Translations under genes and position numbers: made by a program | Notes under the pieces: model-generated | Told to the model about the DNA's origin: nothing | Databases searched by the model: none | What the model saw: the letters and a program-made list of their open reading frames with translations, nothing else | Shown: positions 14,991 through 28,442 of the stretch, piece by piece | Layout: each line of letters starts with the position of its first letter | Position numbering within the stretch: the stretch's first letter is position 1 | Source of the DNA: Mytilus trossulus | Taxonomy: Eukaryota | Assembly (NCBI RefSeq): GCF_036588685.1 | Contig: NC_086386.1 | Location: 55,118,001 to 55,182,000 of the forward strand | Length of the DNA stretch: 64,000 bases | Direction of reading: 5' to 3'

Positions 14991-16599
14991 AAACATAAGT
15001 TTATATTACAAATAGATACTATATGTTCTTTGTCTTATCATACATTAATGAAGTGAAAAGAGCATTCATTTCAATGAAAATATCATTTTCTATTGAAAAC
15101 GAGATTGACGAGCAGTTCATTGACATTTGGAAAACTGCCGAGTCAAAATACTGGTAAATAATGAAATGCCTTTTATGATAGGTTCAGTGAGATAACATCG
15201 CAATGTAATTCAATATTTATTCTAATTATATCGCTTTATTTTTAAAATATTGGGAAAGGGACAGAATTTAAAAGATAAAATACGATTGAAAGCTGAAATA
15301 TATATTGCACGGCATTGTATGTATTTCAAAAACAAACACAAACACAAAATTAAACTCAAAGTAAATATGATATACCAGCAAAATCAAATAGAACAGTAGT
15401 CACGAATGCTGTCTTTTAGAATTACTGTACCACTAGCTTATCAGCAATGAGGTTGAGAGTTCTATTCTCGCACGTGGTAGGTGCACTAGACAACAATCTT
15501 AATTATTTCTGCTTTACATTTGTCACAAATCTATTTCACAAATTACAATTTGTAAATGGCAAATTACGACAATTACATATACAAAGTGTGATTGCGCAAA
15601 CGTGTGGACAAAATATTTCCATTCATCGACGGAATGTTAACAAAACGAAAATTTAAAATATATTGACCTAGACCTCGTTGATAACGCCAATTTGTGACAG
15701 CACATTTCCCACTCTTCGGGGGAGTGATCAAAATGAAAATGTAAAGTCATGCTAGTAATTATAAATGAACCGAGATAACACCGAGTACTTTATTTTTGTT
15801 AAGTTAATAATTGCGACCGTTTAAACACTTAAATGCTTGTTGTTTATTTCATTTTGATTTTGGTAGATATATTAGAGCGATATCATCTTTGCATTCGTAT
15901 AAAAAAAGAATTCGAAATATCGCTAAATTAAGTAATTAAACTCTTGATACGCTTTACATGCTTGTTCTTTGAATATTCGTTTTTTCTTATTGCAGCCGAT
16001 CAAGAATACTAAGTGAAAAAAATTAAGGCAAACGGTATTTGCTTGACAACATCATAGTGACTAAGCTTATCTGATTTTAGCCATAACCGTTCTAATTTTT
16101 GCGTTTGATGACTTAAATATGTTCTCATGAATCTCTAACAGTCCATTTGAAACTAAATGTGTATATGCAGACGCGCGTGTTTTTAGTGACGCTTTACTAA
16201 AAAGAAAGTTAGAAAGGGCCAAAATTAAACGAAGTTTAAAGTTGATACTCGCCAGATATGTTGAAATAAAAACAAATAGACTTTTGAATAATATTTTCTA
16301 TAGATATTAAGATAATTAACATCGATTTGATTTCTATATTTATTTTACGTATTGATGAATTATAACTAAAGCTATATGGTCTTTTAACACATATCAATAT
16401 GTTACTTGAATTGAAAGAATAATGCAAATTGTAAACAATGTCAATGTCAAAACAATTCACAAATTAGGACCAGATATTCACCCAAGAAAACTAACGGTTT
16501 GCAAGATGACTTTTACTTTTCAGCTTTCAAAATACTTTGAACTACATTTCCAAAAATCAATAAGTTCTAATGTACGGAAAAATAAAAGTAGCTGAAATT

Positions 16600-16908
16600 G
16601 TGTAAATAGTTATCAAAAGTACCAGGATTATAATTTTATACGCCAGACGCGCGTTTCGTCTTCATAAGACTCATCAGTGACGCTCAGATCAAAATAGTTA
16701 AAAAGCCAAATAAATACAAAGTTGAAGAGCATTGAGGATCCAAAATTCCAAAAAGTTGTACCAAATACGGCTAAGGTAATCTACTCCTGGGGTAAGAAAA
16801 TCCTTAGTATTTCGAAAAATTCAAAGTTTTGTAAACCGAAAATTTATAAAAATGACCATATAATTGATATTCATGTCAACACCGAAATGCTGACTACTGG
16901 GCTGGTGA
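16600..16908 (-). mobile_element. Partial monomer of the hammerhead-containing (retrozyme/Penelope-associated) repeat
   Basis: Reverse complement of the repeat unit in 19975-20500. Confidence 0.8.
16639..16685 (-). ncRNA. Minimal type-I hammerhead ribozyme, intact core
   Basis: Minus strand GAGCGTCA-CTGATGA-GTC(TTATGAA)GAC-GAAA-CGCGCG-TC/TGGCGT: CUGAUGA and GAAA core, GUC cleavage triplet, palindromic stem III. Confidence 0.88.
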
Positions 16909-18707
16909 AGCCTTTCTATTTGACAACTAATTCCATATTTATGATATAATAGCGTTTCCAGTGTCAATTTCCGTCAACAAATAAATGATTTTGAAGGCAT
17001 GACAAAAAAAAACCTGATATTGACTATGGAATGAAGTTTACAATGAGAACCGATCGCTAAATTTTCGGTTATTAAAAAAATATCTTCTATGTCGTTATTT
17101 TGCCTTTTAATTCCTTGAAATGATTCACTTGTACAAACATAACTTGAAAACTGCATTTTTACGACAAATAGGGCCAAACAACGCAATCTAACAGACCACA
17201 ACAAAACGCACACACATCCATTATGACACAAAAAAGCGATCGATATGAAGAGGCAATGTTTGAAACGAATTTTATATGGATCATGATAATTAATTATCAG
17301 CTGTTAAACCGACCAGTTACGTTAAACGACTTCCAGCGATGCTCATCTGTTGACATGCACATGTATCTGATTGCATAAGAGATGTTTTTTCTAGCCACGG
17401 GAAACGGATGTCGATGGATCATCAGCTGATAAACCGAGAACAGTAGAAACGAATTTACAATTGTTTTGTTCTAAAGAATGATACTAGACTAACCAAAAAT
17501 TTGATAACGAATTTTCAATTGTATTTTAAACGCCTTGTAAATGACTCACGAATAACACTATCATGTAGGATAATGTCCGATAAGGGGAACAAAGTAGGAT
17601 TATTTATATATCAACAATAGAGATCAACAAATGTCAAAGCTAATATTACATGTATTAGAAAACTTTAAAATAACAATATTTGTCAGACGAATATTTCTTC
17701 AACAATAAGATTTAGACTGTTTAACAATTTTTGCTCTTGTCTTTAAAATATTACTTTTAAAATTAAACATGATTTAAATTTAAAGAAAATAAACATTCTG
17801 GTTAACGTACATGTATTTTCTTCAAATTAAGGAAAAGGGATTTTGTATGATTTGAAATAACAAACATAGTTTTACCTTATTTCAAATGTAAATTTAGAAC
17901 AATTTCAAACACTAAATGTCCAGTTCAGAATAAACATGACTTTGAATTTAATACAAGAAATCAACACAAAAGACAAGTAAAATACGCAGGTGTTAGGAAA
18001 CATAAGATTATATTAAGATGTCTATGGAAACAGTTGACACAATTTTGGACATTTAATTATTGGCTATTTAAGTGATGAATAAAAATGTCGTGCCTTCCCC
18101 TTTCTCCAACTATCTTACAAACTATTTAATTGCAAAAGTTTGCCATAGATACATGTAATTGCAAAATGTAGAATATAACTAGAGAATAATGAGATACTAC
18201 GATGCTAAGGATTAATGATAATTGCAAAACAATGAATAAAGGAAATAAAAATAAGCTATTAAAGAGTAAAAAATAAACACCAACCCATCCAAATCAAACT
18301 ATACCCTATATATAATGCTAATACAATGGTTAAATTAATTTTGTTCATAATTATTTGATGAATACGTGACATTTATATAAAGCTTCTCAGTCAAACTCCT
18401 GAATCGAACTTCTATGCATTCATTATCACTGAACTAGTATATATTTGTTTAGGAGCCAGCTGAAAGACGACTCTGGGTGCGGGATTTTCTCATTACAGTG
18501 AAGACCTGTTGGTGACCTTCTGCTGTTGTTTTTTCTATGGTCGGGTTGTTGTCTCTTTGACACATTCCCCATTTCCATTCTCATTTTTATTTTGGAATAA
18601 AACAAGAAGCTGTGGTAAGAAGAAGAAAAATGTCAATGATCGTAGATCAATACCTTGATGACTTATGAATAAACTCATCATAGATACCAGGACTAAATCT
18701 AGTATAT

Positions 18708-18753
18708 ACACCAGACGCGCGTTTCGTCTACAAAAGATTCATCAGTGACTCTC
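18708..18753 (-). ncRNA. Hammerhead ribozyme with degenerate stems, inside a repeat copy at ~18665-18840
   Basis: CTGATGA-ATC(TTTTGTA)GAC-GAAACGCGCGTC on minus; A-C mismatch in stem II. Confidence 0.7.
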
Positions 18754-20061
18754 GAATCTAAAAAAGTTAAAAAGGCCAAAATCAGTACGAAGTTAAAGAG
18801 CATTGAGGACCAAAAGTCCTAAAAGTTTTGCCAAATACGTTAACAAATACATGTCATTCACTGTAAGGTTTATAATCTATAAAAGTTCATTAGCCTTTGA
18901 AACAAATAATACGAGTAACAATTGTTGATTTATACACAAAAAGACTATGTATGAGTCGTTATTTGTTTCGTTTGAATTGTTTATACATTTGTCATTTCAA
19001 TTTCCTTGTTGTTGACTATGCAGATTTAGCTTTGCTCTTACAATGTAGTTGAAGGCCGAACGATGACGTTATTTGTTAATCCGGTGGATCTTTGTATCAT
19101 TGTCAAGCATAACACATTTTTTTATTATTACACGAGGACCTATAAACATTTATGAAACTACTTGTTTTGTATACAAACTATAAAAACGTGAAATTATAAT
19201 AGTTTTTATCGTACCAGATTCTATATTTAAACGTTTAACGTATCATTGCATCTGTCTAATTTATGATTTCCGGCTTCATCCAATGAATTTTGAGAAGATG
19301 CGCGCTGCTCGTAGTATCTTTCATATTTTGGACGTCTTCACAAGCGGTAAAATTTGAGATGTTGATCGCTACTAGTCTTTTCATTCAATTTCAAATTATT
19401 TAAAAAAGCGATTGAAAATGAAAAAAATATTGATTTTTCAAAAACAATCAATTCTTTGAATCAATAAATGAATTAACATCATTAACATTATTAACACACA
19501 CCGAAGACAGCTACTAACTAATTTCCCTGCTTCGTAGTGCATTACATTGGCGTTATTATCAAACACGATATATACAAATATAGTATCAAAAGCCGGAAGA
19601 GTTACATCAATCGATAAGTCAAGAGTTCTTACTAGGAAATCATACCTATAGTTTAACAGAAGTAATTGGTCGGATTTTGTTTTAGTTTATGTTTTATTTG
19701 AACATGTGTGACTTTTATATTGGCTTGTCTGGTCGGCAGAATGTTACGTTTGTCTTATATTTCAACAAAGACGTGGATCAAAAACCTACACAGAATTAAG
19801 TACTCGCAGTTATTAAATTTAAAAGTCCAATCCAGACTTATCAAAAAGTCTTATTTTTACAGCTAATACTTCCTGTATTCTGATGTATGCAATAACTGAA
19901 TGTGATTTGACACCTATCTGTTTTTAGTCTTTAAATTAGTGTCTCATTGGTAATCATATAATATCTTCTTATTTCACTGTATTTGACACAACTTTTTGGA
20001 ATTTTGGATTCTCAATGCTCTTCAACTTTGTACAAATTTGGCTTTATAAATATTTTGATTT

Positions 20062-20108
20062 GAGCGTCACTGATGAGTGTTATGTAGACGAAACGCGCGT
20101 CTGGAGTA
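20062..20108 (+). ncRNA. Hammerhead ribozyme (core intact, stem II mismatch)
   Basis: GAGCGTCA-CTGATGA-GTG(TTATGTA)GAC-GAAA-CGCGCG-TC. Confidence 0.8.
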
Positions 20109-20417
20109 CTAAATTATAATCCTGGTACCTTTGTTAACTATTTACACCACTGGATCGATGCCACTGCTGGTGGACGTTTCGTCCCCGATGGTATCACCAG
20201 CCCAGTAGTCAACGCTTCGGTGTTGACATGAATACCAATAATGTGGTAATTTTTTATAAATTTCCTGTATACAAAACTTTGGATTTTTCGAAAAACTAAG
20301 AATTTTCTTATCCCAGGCATGCATTACCTTTCTCGTATTTGGCACAACATTTTGGAATTTTGGATCATCACTGCTCTTCAACTTTGCACATGTTTGGCTT
20401 TATAATCATTTCGATTT

Positions 20418-20465
20418 GAGCGTCACTAATGAGTCTTATGTAGACGAAACGCCCGTCTGGCGTAC
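20418..20465 (+). ncRNA. Hammerhead ribozyme, probably inactive
   Basis: Core reads CTAATGA (G5A) and the stem III palindrome is broken (GCCC). Confidence 0.75.
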
Positions 20466-23168
20466 TAAATTATAATCCTGGTACCTTTGATAACTATTTA
20501 TATGCATTACAGTACCTTATTTGTTTTGAAAATAAAAGTAACAGATATTGAAAACCTTAAATCAAGCATCAAGTGAAATTTATTGAAATTTTATTGTTAT
20601 ATATTACCGTATTACACAACTGTACATAATCTGAACGAGGTATTTGGCTTGAAAAAGGACCATGGTTAAAAATGAATGTACTAAGAATGCAAAACAACGC
20701 ACGGGAAAGAAGGAGACAAAAAAATATTCATTATCATTATCGAATTTATTTAATCTGTAGTGCTTGAAAATCAAAGGATACTTAATCCTCAATATCGACG
20801 AGTACCAAAATTCGACTTTGTGAAAGTCAAGGTAAAGAATAAAGGCACTTAAATAACACAACAACAATAACGAAAAAAAGGAAAGAGGAATATAATTTAA
20901 GGCTTATTTGATTCTTTATTAAAGATTATTTAGAAGTAGCTAGCAACCCTTCCAGGAAAGGTCAACCTTTGACGGGTGAAAGTTTGATATACTTTCCTTT
21001 GGCGATCATTTGACTCAAAACATTAAAAAATAATTGTCAGAACAATTTCAAAAAGCCGGTTTTCCCACAAAACACCAGAAACATTGATGTCCGATTCAAA
21101 ACATATATTATGTGTGCAAAGATCTTCTCTGTGGCTTTAATAAACTTGTTTGAGTAAAGTTTTATCAGCAGCTTGGTTGGGTTGGCACATTTAACATAAA
21201 GTCGATCTACATTTTCGAATCCAGAGTTAATGCTAATTGGTTAAGAACTAAGTATTTTCATTTACACGCTAACAATTGCGATTTTATAACGATAGAACTA
21301 TACTTATTTCAAAATGCGTACAGTGTGGGAACATTTTAGAATAGTTTAGAAACAGAGAGAACAAAAATACTCGCTGAATTCGTCTCCTTTATTGGTCAAA
21401 ATTTTCTCGATTGATTTGAATTATGTACACAAACTATTATACAGATTTTTCATTCATGTAATTGTTGAGTTTATTTAATTTGTATTGGTTATTTATTACG
21501 CAGTTCTTCATCGTTAATCTCGACGAGTTCTTATATTTGCCTTGCAAAAAAGTTAAGGACTCAGAGCTAACAATAAAGTCACGTAGAAAACAGCTGGAAA
21601 TTCAAAACAGAGTGGAATTAACTTTATCTTTATTGGTAAACAAATCAAGTGGTACTTAATCCTTAATATCCAAGTCCAAATATATCACTCCTAAAAGGTC
21701 AGGGCGAACAATAATGACACGTAAAAAACACAACAACGGGTGAAAAAGATTTAAACTGGTAGCTTAATCCTAATCCCTACATGAGAGATTAAAACATTAG
21801 AGAGTCCAGGGACGTAACTACACCAACATTTTTGAATAAAACTGAACTATTTATATAGGGACTCAAATAAGCAGGGGAAGTTCCCTTGTATTGAATATTT
21901 TATTATAATATTGGAATTCGTTAGTCTAACCGGCTGAATCAGCTGTTGAATCAATTTATTAACGTCTCCCGATCGTACGAGAACATTATGGCCAATGCCT
22001 TAGTAGTTAACACTCCCATTCGTTGTAGCAGGGAATTTCTACTATAGTACGTATATAAGTATACGAAGTTCCTGATTGTAGATATATACATGACTGTTCA
22101 GTTTTCAACAATATTGAAATCCAAGGTCCTCGATAAAAAAAAACGTTCTATAAACTTGCTTTTTATGGGTTTTTTTAACTTACAATTTGATTTCTTACAG
22201 AAATATCTTTATAAACAGATAATAATTGTCTGCATAAAATTGATTCCAGGATCCAGCAATACTAATGTTTCTTAAAGAAAGGAAATCGAAGGAAAACGGG
22301 TCATTTTTAGCCACTGCTTTTATTGAGAAAAAAATCCGCGGTCACAATGTATTTAATGTATATCATTATAGGTCAAAGTACGGCCTTAAAGACGGAGCTC
22401 ACCCCGAACAACAATCTCGGCTTGTTTTTGCATAATAATTGCTTCCAGGTTCAAGCAATACTGGTGTTTCTTACAGTAAGGAAATCGACGGAAAACGAGT
22501 ATTTTTAGCCGTTTTATTGAGAGGGGGCATGAATTTTTCCCAGAGTTTTAAATAGTCAATGGTTGTATATTTGTCATTTTGATACTTTTATTGATGTATA
22601 TGCAGTATGGGTTTGCGCACTTTTGATAGCAGTACTATAAGCTATAAATTATCGACTAATACATCCGCAATTACAACGACTCGTGTACTAATATGTTACT
22701 TCACAAAGTCAAGGCTAACAATTAAGGCAAGTAACAAATAAATCAGAAGAGGAAAAATGAAATAGACAAACATAGATTCAATATCATCTTTGAATTTTCA
22801 TTTATTTAATCTTCAGTTTATTAGTTATAAAATACAAAGTACTAAGTTCTCTATCAATTTCGACGAGTACCAATATCTGACTTCTTAATGGTCATTGCTC
22901 ACAATAAAAACATGGAGAAAATAACATAACAGCAGTGGAAAATGTATTACAAAAACAAGTAAAACATTTCGAAATATTGCAATACTTTGGTAACATTGCT
23001 TAAATGTAGTATAGAACTAAAAACATTTTGGTTTACTAGAAAAATAGTAAACAGATAAGTGTCTATAGGCCAGACATTGCAGTAGAATTTGACCACTATA
23101 TTTTTTTGTCCAAGCAAGCATTCGACAATTGAGTGACATTGGCACTTCCTCATTTAGAAGAAACATTG

Positions 23169-23192
23169 TATGTGTGTGTGTGTGTGTGTGTG
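23169..23192 (+). repeat. (TG)n microsatellite
   Basis: About 11 TG units. Confidence 0.9.
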
Positions 23193-23448
23193 TATTGTGG
23201 CTATAATTATTTTTTTCCAATACAAGGCTAGGTATTTCAAGGTGTATGTACAGTCTCGATAGTTTGTATCTTAGTTTATACCTACGTGTAGTAAATATGT
23301 AAACTATTTCTCCTCAAAAGCATTTAATGTGTGTTTGGTATAGAAAATATTTCGTATGTTTTTACAGGTATTATAGAGTCAACAAGCTCTAAATCTCGGA
23401 TTAAATGCTTCAAATTTTTAACAGTTATTTGTTTTAAATGTAGATGAT

Positions 23449-23500
23449 CATATGTGGAACTCAAGGAGGTCATATGTGGCACTCAAGGAGGTCATATGCG
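23449..23500 (+). repeat. 22-bp tandem repeat, ~2.3 copies
   Basis: CATATGTGG(A/C)ACTCAAGGAGGT twice plus a partial copy. Confidence 0.85.
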
Positions 23501-24509
23501 GATTTAAAACAATAAAGTCCACTCCTTGCATTTATTCCAAATAAAGTACAATTAAAGGAAATTAAATTATTTATTATAAATGGTATGTTAAAACACATTA
23601 AATTTGAACCACAATATAGATAGATAGCTGACGTCAAAAAAGGTAACGTCCTTCAAATTAATCATTTAATTATTCATTTTCAAACAAATTAGTTTAATCA
23701 CTTTTAATTGAATTTTGAAAGGCCATTCAGTTAAAACCTTATCTTTATATTAATCAAAACCTAGCCACCGTCAACATCATTGCTAAATATTAGTGAATGA
23801 AATTATTTAGTCGATATTGATAAAGGTAGACAATTTCCGCTCTTTTGTAAATGGTCATTCATAAATTTGTTGGCTTTTTTAATATGACATCATTGTATCC
23901 ATAGAAGCAAATACTTACAAAAACACAATTATTATTAAATTGCTATAGTAAAGTGTTTATATTGTTCTTTAGTAAGTGCATTTCGGTAAGTTGAAGGGTA
24001 TTGATGTGTTTGTCGTTTGTGGAGTTCACCGAACGTTGGAATGTATTTACTACTTTCCAGATTCGTGGAGATTTAGTTCTATATATTTGTTTTGCATTTG
24101 TCGATTGTTGCAGACCTATTCATTGCTATTCTGATCCTAATATGTCTTTAAATATGTGATCGATTTTTAATTGCTTGATTGCTGTCCTGTGAGGGCATTA
24201 TCGACATATCACTTCAACATGAGAAATAAAGAAAACAAGTCACCCAAGTTATTAAACCACACAGTTTGTACGATATATGTTTCATGCATAACGCTAGACA
24301 CTGAATTACTTGTCCCAAGTGTTTAAATGACATATATGCTGAAGATAAATGAACATGAGACTATTATATCTATAAAACTCCGAAACAGTGGCAGACTAGT
24401 GTCAAGTTTCGACACTGTTGTTGCTTGTCAATCAAAATCAAATGTTGTGATATATACAAGGCTTTATCTATGTCGCCCGTTGTAAGAGACTGCCCTACTG
24501 AATCTAATA

Positions 24510-25040
24510 AAACTATGTTGGTGTTCTAATTCCTTTTAACTGAATATAATGATAGATATTAAAACAATTAGAAGAAAAAGAACAACTAAACATATTTCCA
24601 TAAAATAAAGTTTAATCTGATGTTTAATTGATAAAATATGATGAACGATCCTATTGTTTAATTAAAAGTAGCAGACGATGCACTTGCGTTGCCTGTCGTC
24701 AAATTCCGAGGTTCAGGATATAAAAATTCGGTCATTTCTTTATCGGTTAATGTTCTAATTCAATTTTCCGACTGGGATGGTCAAAATAGAAACAAAACAT
24801 TTAGAAGAAATGAACAAACGACATTGACAAAATTCCATTTAATAAAGTGTTAATCCGATCTTTAATTGATACATATACCCGTGATGAATGATACCATTGT
24901 TTCACCTGTACATGTGTTGTCTGTTGTTAAGGTCAGAGTGTCAAAGTCGAACAAAAATCGTTCATCACTTTAGCAGTTGTTGTTCTAATTCCATTCACAG
25001 CTAGGAGATTAGAATGAAGCAAAACAATCCGAAATATGTA
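24510..25040 (+). repeat. Degenerate ~230-bp tandem repeat, ~2.3 copies
   Basis: TGTTCTAATTC recurs at ~24522, ~24751 and ~24981 with similar downstream sequence. Confidence 0.65.
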
Positions 25041-27679
25041 CATGTATGTTTCAATTAAATGGTAATACAGTGTTGGTTTGCATTTAATTGTGACAATGTA
25101 TTGATTTGAATATAACGAATTGCATTGTTTGTGGAGGAGGCTTAATATTTATTGTTTAATGTTTAACATTTATATGATGACCTCATGTACATAAACAATT
25201 CGGTCACCTCTTTGTGTTTGTTTTAGTTCGTATACATTATTTATCAGGTATAAGGATTAAATTGCAGACTGAATAAAAATCAAAAACTGCGAAAACATCA
25301 TCCGTTAAAAACTTGGGATAAAGAAAAATTGCCTCAAAGATACATAGAATTTTGAAGTGAAAGGCGCCACCAACTTACAGATTTACCTTTTCAAACGAAC
25401 ATGCGAAACTTAAAAACAAAATAGGAAAACAACAAATTTTGGAGCAGAAAAGGCCATTTTTTGTTGCAAGTTTTGCCTTATTTTGAAATTTTGAACAGTT
25501 TTAACTTAATGTTTTTTGTAATAATCGATATTTTCAGAACTAGTCTGTTTTATCTTAACGGCTCATCGACAACAAATGCCATGCAAACAGGTTTTTCTTT
25601 TAATGTATAATGATTTAGATTTTAAGAAATGCTCTACACTTCAACGTAAGACCAAGCATAACAGTTCCTATTTGAAATGCCATGGAATAGCCTAGGAGGT
25701 TTTACTTAGGATGGATGGATATGGTAAATACTTAGAATTATATCATAAGAACCGGGCATTACTAAACCTTGTCATAGCAAACTAACAAAATCCTTCCACT
25801 TCGATGCATTTTGTTCACTGTTTAACTTATTGTGTAAACCATCAATATTTTCAAGGTCAAACAGATATGTGATGTATATAAGCAAATCAGAAAAAAATGT
25901 AACAACCGAATGACACATAGAGGACAACAGACAGCTCGATAAATCCCGAAGGTGACATTTCGTCGAGTACCGATCAATCTAAAGAGCACCCTATTTTTTC
26001 AAATAATTAAGAAGCCAACGTAAGTTTCTGACAAGTTAGAGGGCACTATATAGCATGTTACAACAAAGAGAGCAACATACAGTCTCTATCAATCGAGAGG
26101 GCAACACACAATATAAAACAACTGGAATAGCAATATACCTTCTCTTTTAATGGGGCAACATATCATCTCGAGCAATGCACAATAAAAACCTTATATCGTA
26201 TAACGAATCTATGAAAATAGTGAATTACTAAAAAAATGTAAAATGTTTTCGTTGCAATCAAATAACTGAGGATGGCTGAAAATCTGGACAAATATAGATT
26301 ATCCTTGGTATTAAACAGTTTTTGTTACAAATTGTTAGCCGTAGAAGATTATTTCTAACTTGATTGACAATTTTATCTTTTTATCTCCTGTTTTCATTCC
26401 ATATTTTATCTCATTAAATTGTACTGTAGTGTTTCGGTCCATATAAGTTAAGGTAACTTTTAGGTTTTTATTAATTGAGCGATCGTGTTAGTCCTTGCTG
26501 ATAAAGACACACGGATAGCTGCATCATTACACTGTTTTTTTAGAAACATTGATTTGATGAATACAAAGATGCATTACCTTACCTTTAGGTTGTAATAAAC
26601 CATAAGTTATTATGGGCGCAGTCATTTTATGCACATGGTATTGAGGATTTAGAGTATCGTGGCTTAGTTGTGTACAGTCGACAATTCTTATACTATTTAC
26701 ATTTTTAGCAATCATGCCTAAAACGGAAAAAAAAGAGGAAAACTATTACGTATGCTTTGTCCGTAAAAGACGCGAAAAGTCTTTTCTATTCTGTGATGAG
26801 TCAAGTATTTCTATTTGTAGAATGGAAAGGTAAGGGAAATAGTTTCATATTGCGTTAATAAAAATAAAAGAAACCTTTATATTGATGACTAAACAACAAA
26901 AGTTTCCAATAATTGTTGTGTGATCATAGCCAGTTTCGTTCGAAATATCAACTTTCTAAAGTCTATCACGAGATCATCTACTATAGTAGCCTATTTGAAA
27001 ATCATTTGTAGCTATAAATTGCCAGTTAAACTGCGTTATGAAATTTTATCTTATTATGATCAAACCAGGTTTCCCTATATTGTTTGTAAACAAGTCAATT
27101 TTCACTATATTGCTTATAAACACTTCCTTTTTATCAATGAATGTTTATCATCTCGACTATCGACCAATGAAATTACCAGTTGATATGGCTCTATTGTATT
27201 GTTATCGAGTTTTCATTTCCGGAATGTTATTACTTGATCTATCTACATTAGGAAAATATATGTAACCTATCATCTTCGACATCGCAATAAACAAATTATT
27301 TAAACTTTGTGTACTTAGAGATCTAGTGTTTATCCAATGCACTCTATAACACATGTATGTTGTGTTGATTTGGTATATGATTGATATACCTATTGTTTAA
27401 TTAATTAAAAGAAAATGATTCAACTGTGTAATCACAAGCAACTGCATTGTACTTAATGGTTTGTTTAATTGTAAAAGTTATGATACAAATGTTAAATGTT
27501 TATAAAGCAGTCTATTAGGTAAAAAATATTAAAACTGTTTTCTTTGGTACAGCCGGATCTGTTTGAATAAAATCCATGACAAACAAGTTCGTGGAATTAA
27601 AGAGGGTTACGAAGAAGTAGAATTATTCCTTGAAACTTTTTAAATATGAGAGGTGCATTAATTAGTTACCAAAAAGAAG

Positions 27680-27990
27680 TACAAAACGAAAGTTCATTGA
27701 AGTATTCGGGGATTTTCAAGCAATTGTTTCATTTTGTAAAAGTGCACATTCTCTTCAGCTGCTCTGTGAGTATTACACATACTGTTTACAATACTATTTA
27801 GTTAACCGTTGTCAACTTTCGGTTAGACTCAATTGTTGTGGAGAATGAACATGATTTAAAGGTCATGACGTCGCAGAATATACTACGGACATCCGGATTT
27901 TGGAGAACGACAGAAATCGATTGATTAATCACTCTACACTGAAAGGACGCTATATAAGTAAACAGTCTACCTGTATTAAATCATTTAAAT
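27680..27990 (+). promoter_or_regulatory. Putative Pol II promoter of the 121-aa gene
   Basis: TATATAAG 27951-27958; Inr-like TCATTT 27981-27986; GGGGATTTTC 27708-27717 (kB-like); AAAACGAAAGT 27683-27693 and AACCGAAAGT on minus 27815-27824 (IRF-like); AAAGGTCA 27858-27865; TGACGTCG 27866-27873 (CRE-like); ACATCCGG 27889-27896 (ETS-like). Confidence 0.65.
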
Positions 27991-28076
27991 ATAAAACTCA
28001 GGTGAAGCAACGACTATCATTACAATTTTATTAACATATAGAGGTACCTACTTTGATATCAAAATTGTAAAATAGC

Positions 28077-28442
28077 ATGTCTTCTCTACGAATGGATAAC
28101 CGCCACAACATGGCTGCAAACGACCATGCCAGAAATCACATTAAGAGACAACAACAATGGATACGAAGTGACCAAGTGAAAAATTGGAGCAGATCTCCGT
28201 TAAATCGAGTGAAGAAACAAACGTATCCAAACAGTACGTCATCCGGACAAAAGTCGGATGTGATCAGTGGAAATTCAGACGAGTCTTTACATACAGCATC
28301 GTCCATTTTGGAACCACAAAATATAATGGACAATGAATATGATGATGAAAGAAAAGAAGCTATTGAAAAATGTATGAAATGGATGAATGACTTGCCTACA
28401 AAATTTTCCGGACTTCATATATTAGATCCAGCAAAATCTTGA
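28077..28442 (+). CDS. Uncharacterised intronless 121-aa protein; largely disordered, with a C-terminal acidic stretch and helix (EYDDERKEAIEKCMKWMNDLP)
   Basis: True ATG start, protein-like hydrophilic composition unlike the spurious ORFs, upstream TATA and Inr at correct spacing, structured downstream region and AATAAA. Confidence 0.75.
   Translation: MSSLRMDNRHNMAANDHARNHIKRQQQWIRSDQVKNWSRSPLNRVKKQTYPNSTSSGQKSDVISGNSDESLHTASSILEPQNIMDNEYDDERKEAIEKCMKWMNDLPTKFSGLHILDPAKS

Larger units (their letters stand above)
2178..15880 (+). repeat. Segmental duplication, copy 1
   Basis: Colinear homologous blocks, e.g. 2178/37736, 2915/40753, 3990/42070, 6615/44077, 7305/44778, 9039/49408, 10070/59070, 12330/61768, 13715/63150, 15710/63889. 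Confidence 0.9.
19975..20500 (+). mobile_element. Retrozyme-like tandem repeat (~1.5 units of 356 bp) with two hammerheads
   Basis: Direct repeat ~19980-20143 / ~20336-20500; hammerhead cores start at 20070 and 20426. Confidence 0.85.

Noticed and set aside
16722-16949. Similar ORFs at 16722 (+) and 20142 (-) (MKSIEDPKFQ..)
   Set aside because: Similarity comes from the hammerhead repeat family; frames diverge between copies
25980-26180. CRISPR-like array
   Set aside because: Eukaryotic context, repeats short and degenerate, no cas genes
28077-28442. Bearded-family or E(spl)-type Notch target (DNRHN NxxN motif, K box in the UTR, distal TGTGGGAA sites)
   Set aside because: No bHLH, no DRWxQA tail, no proximal Su(H) site; the short motifs can occur by chance
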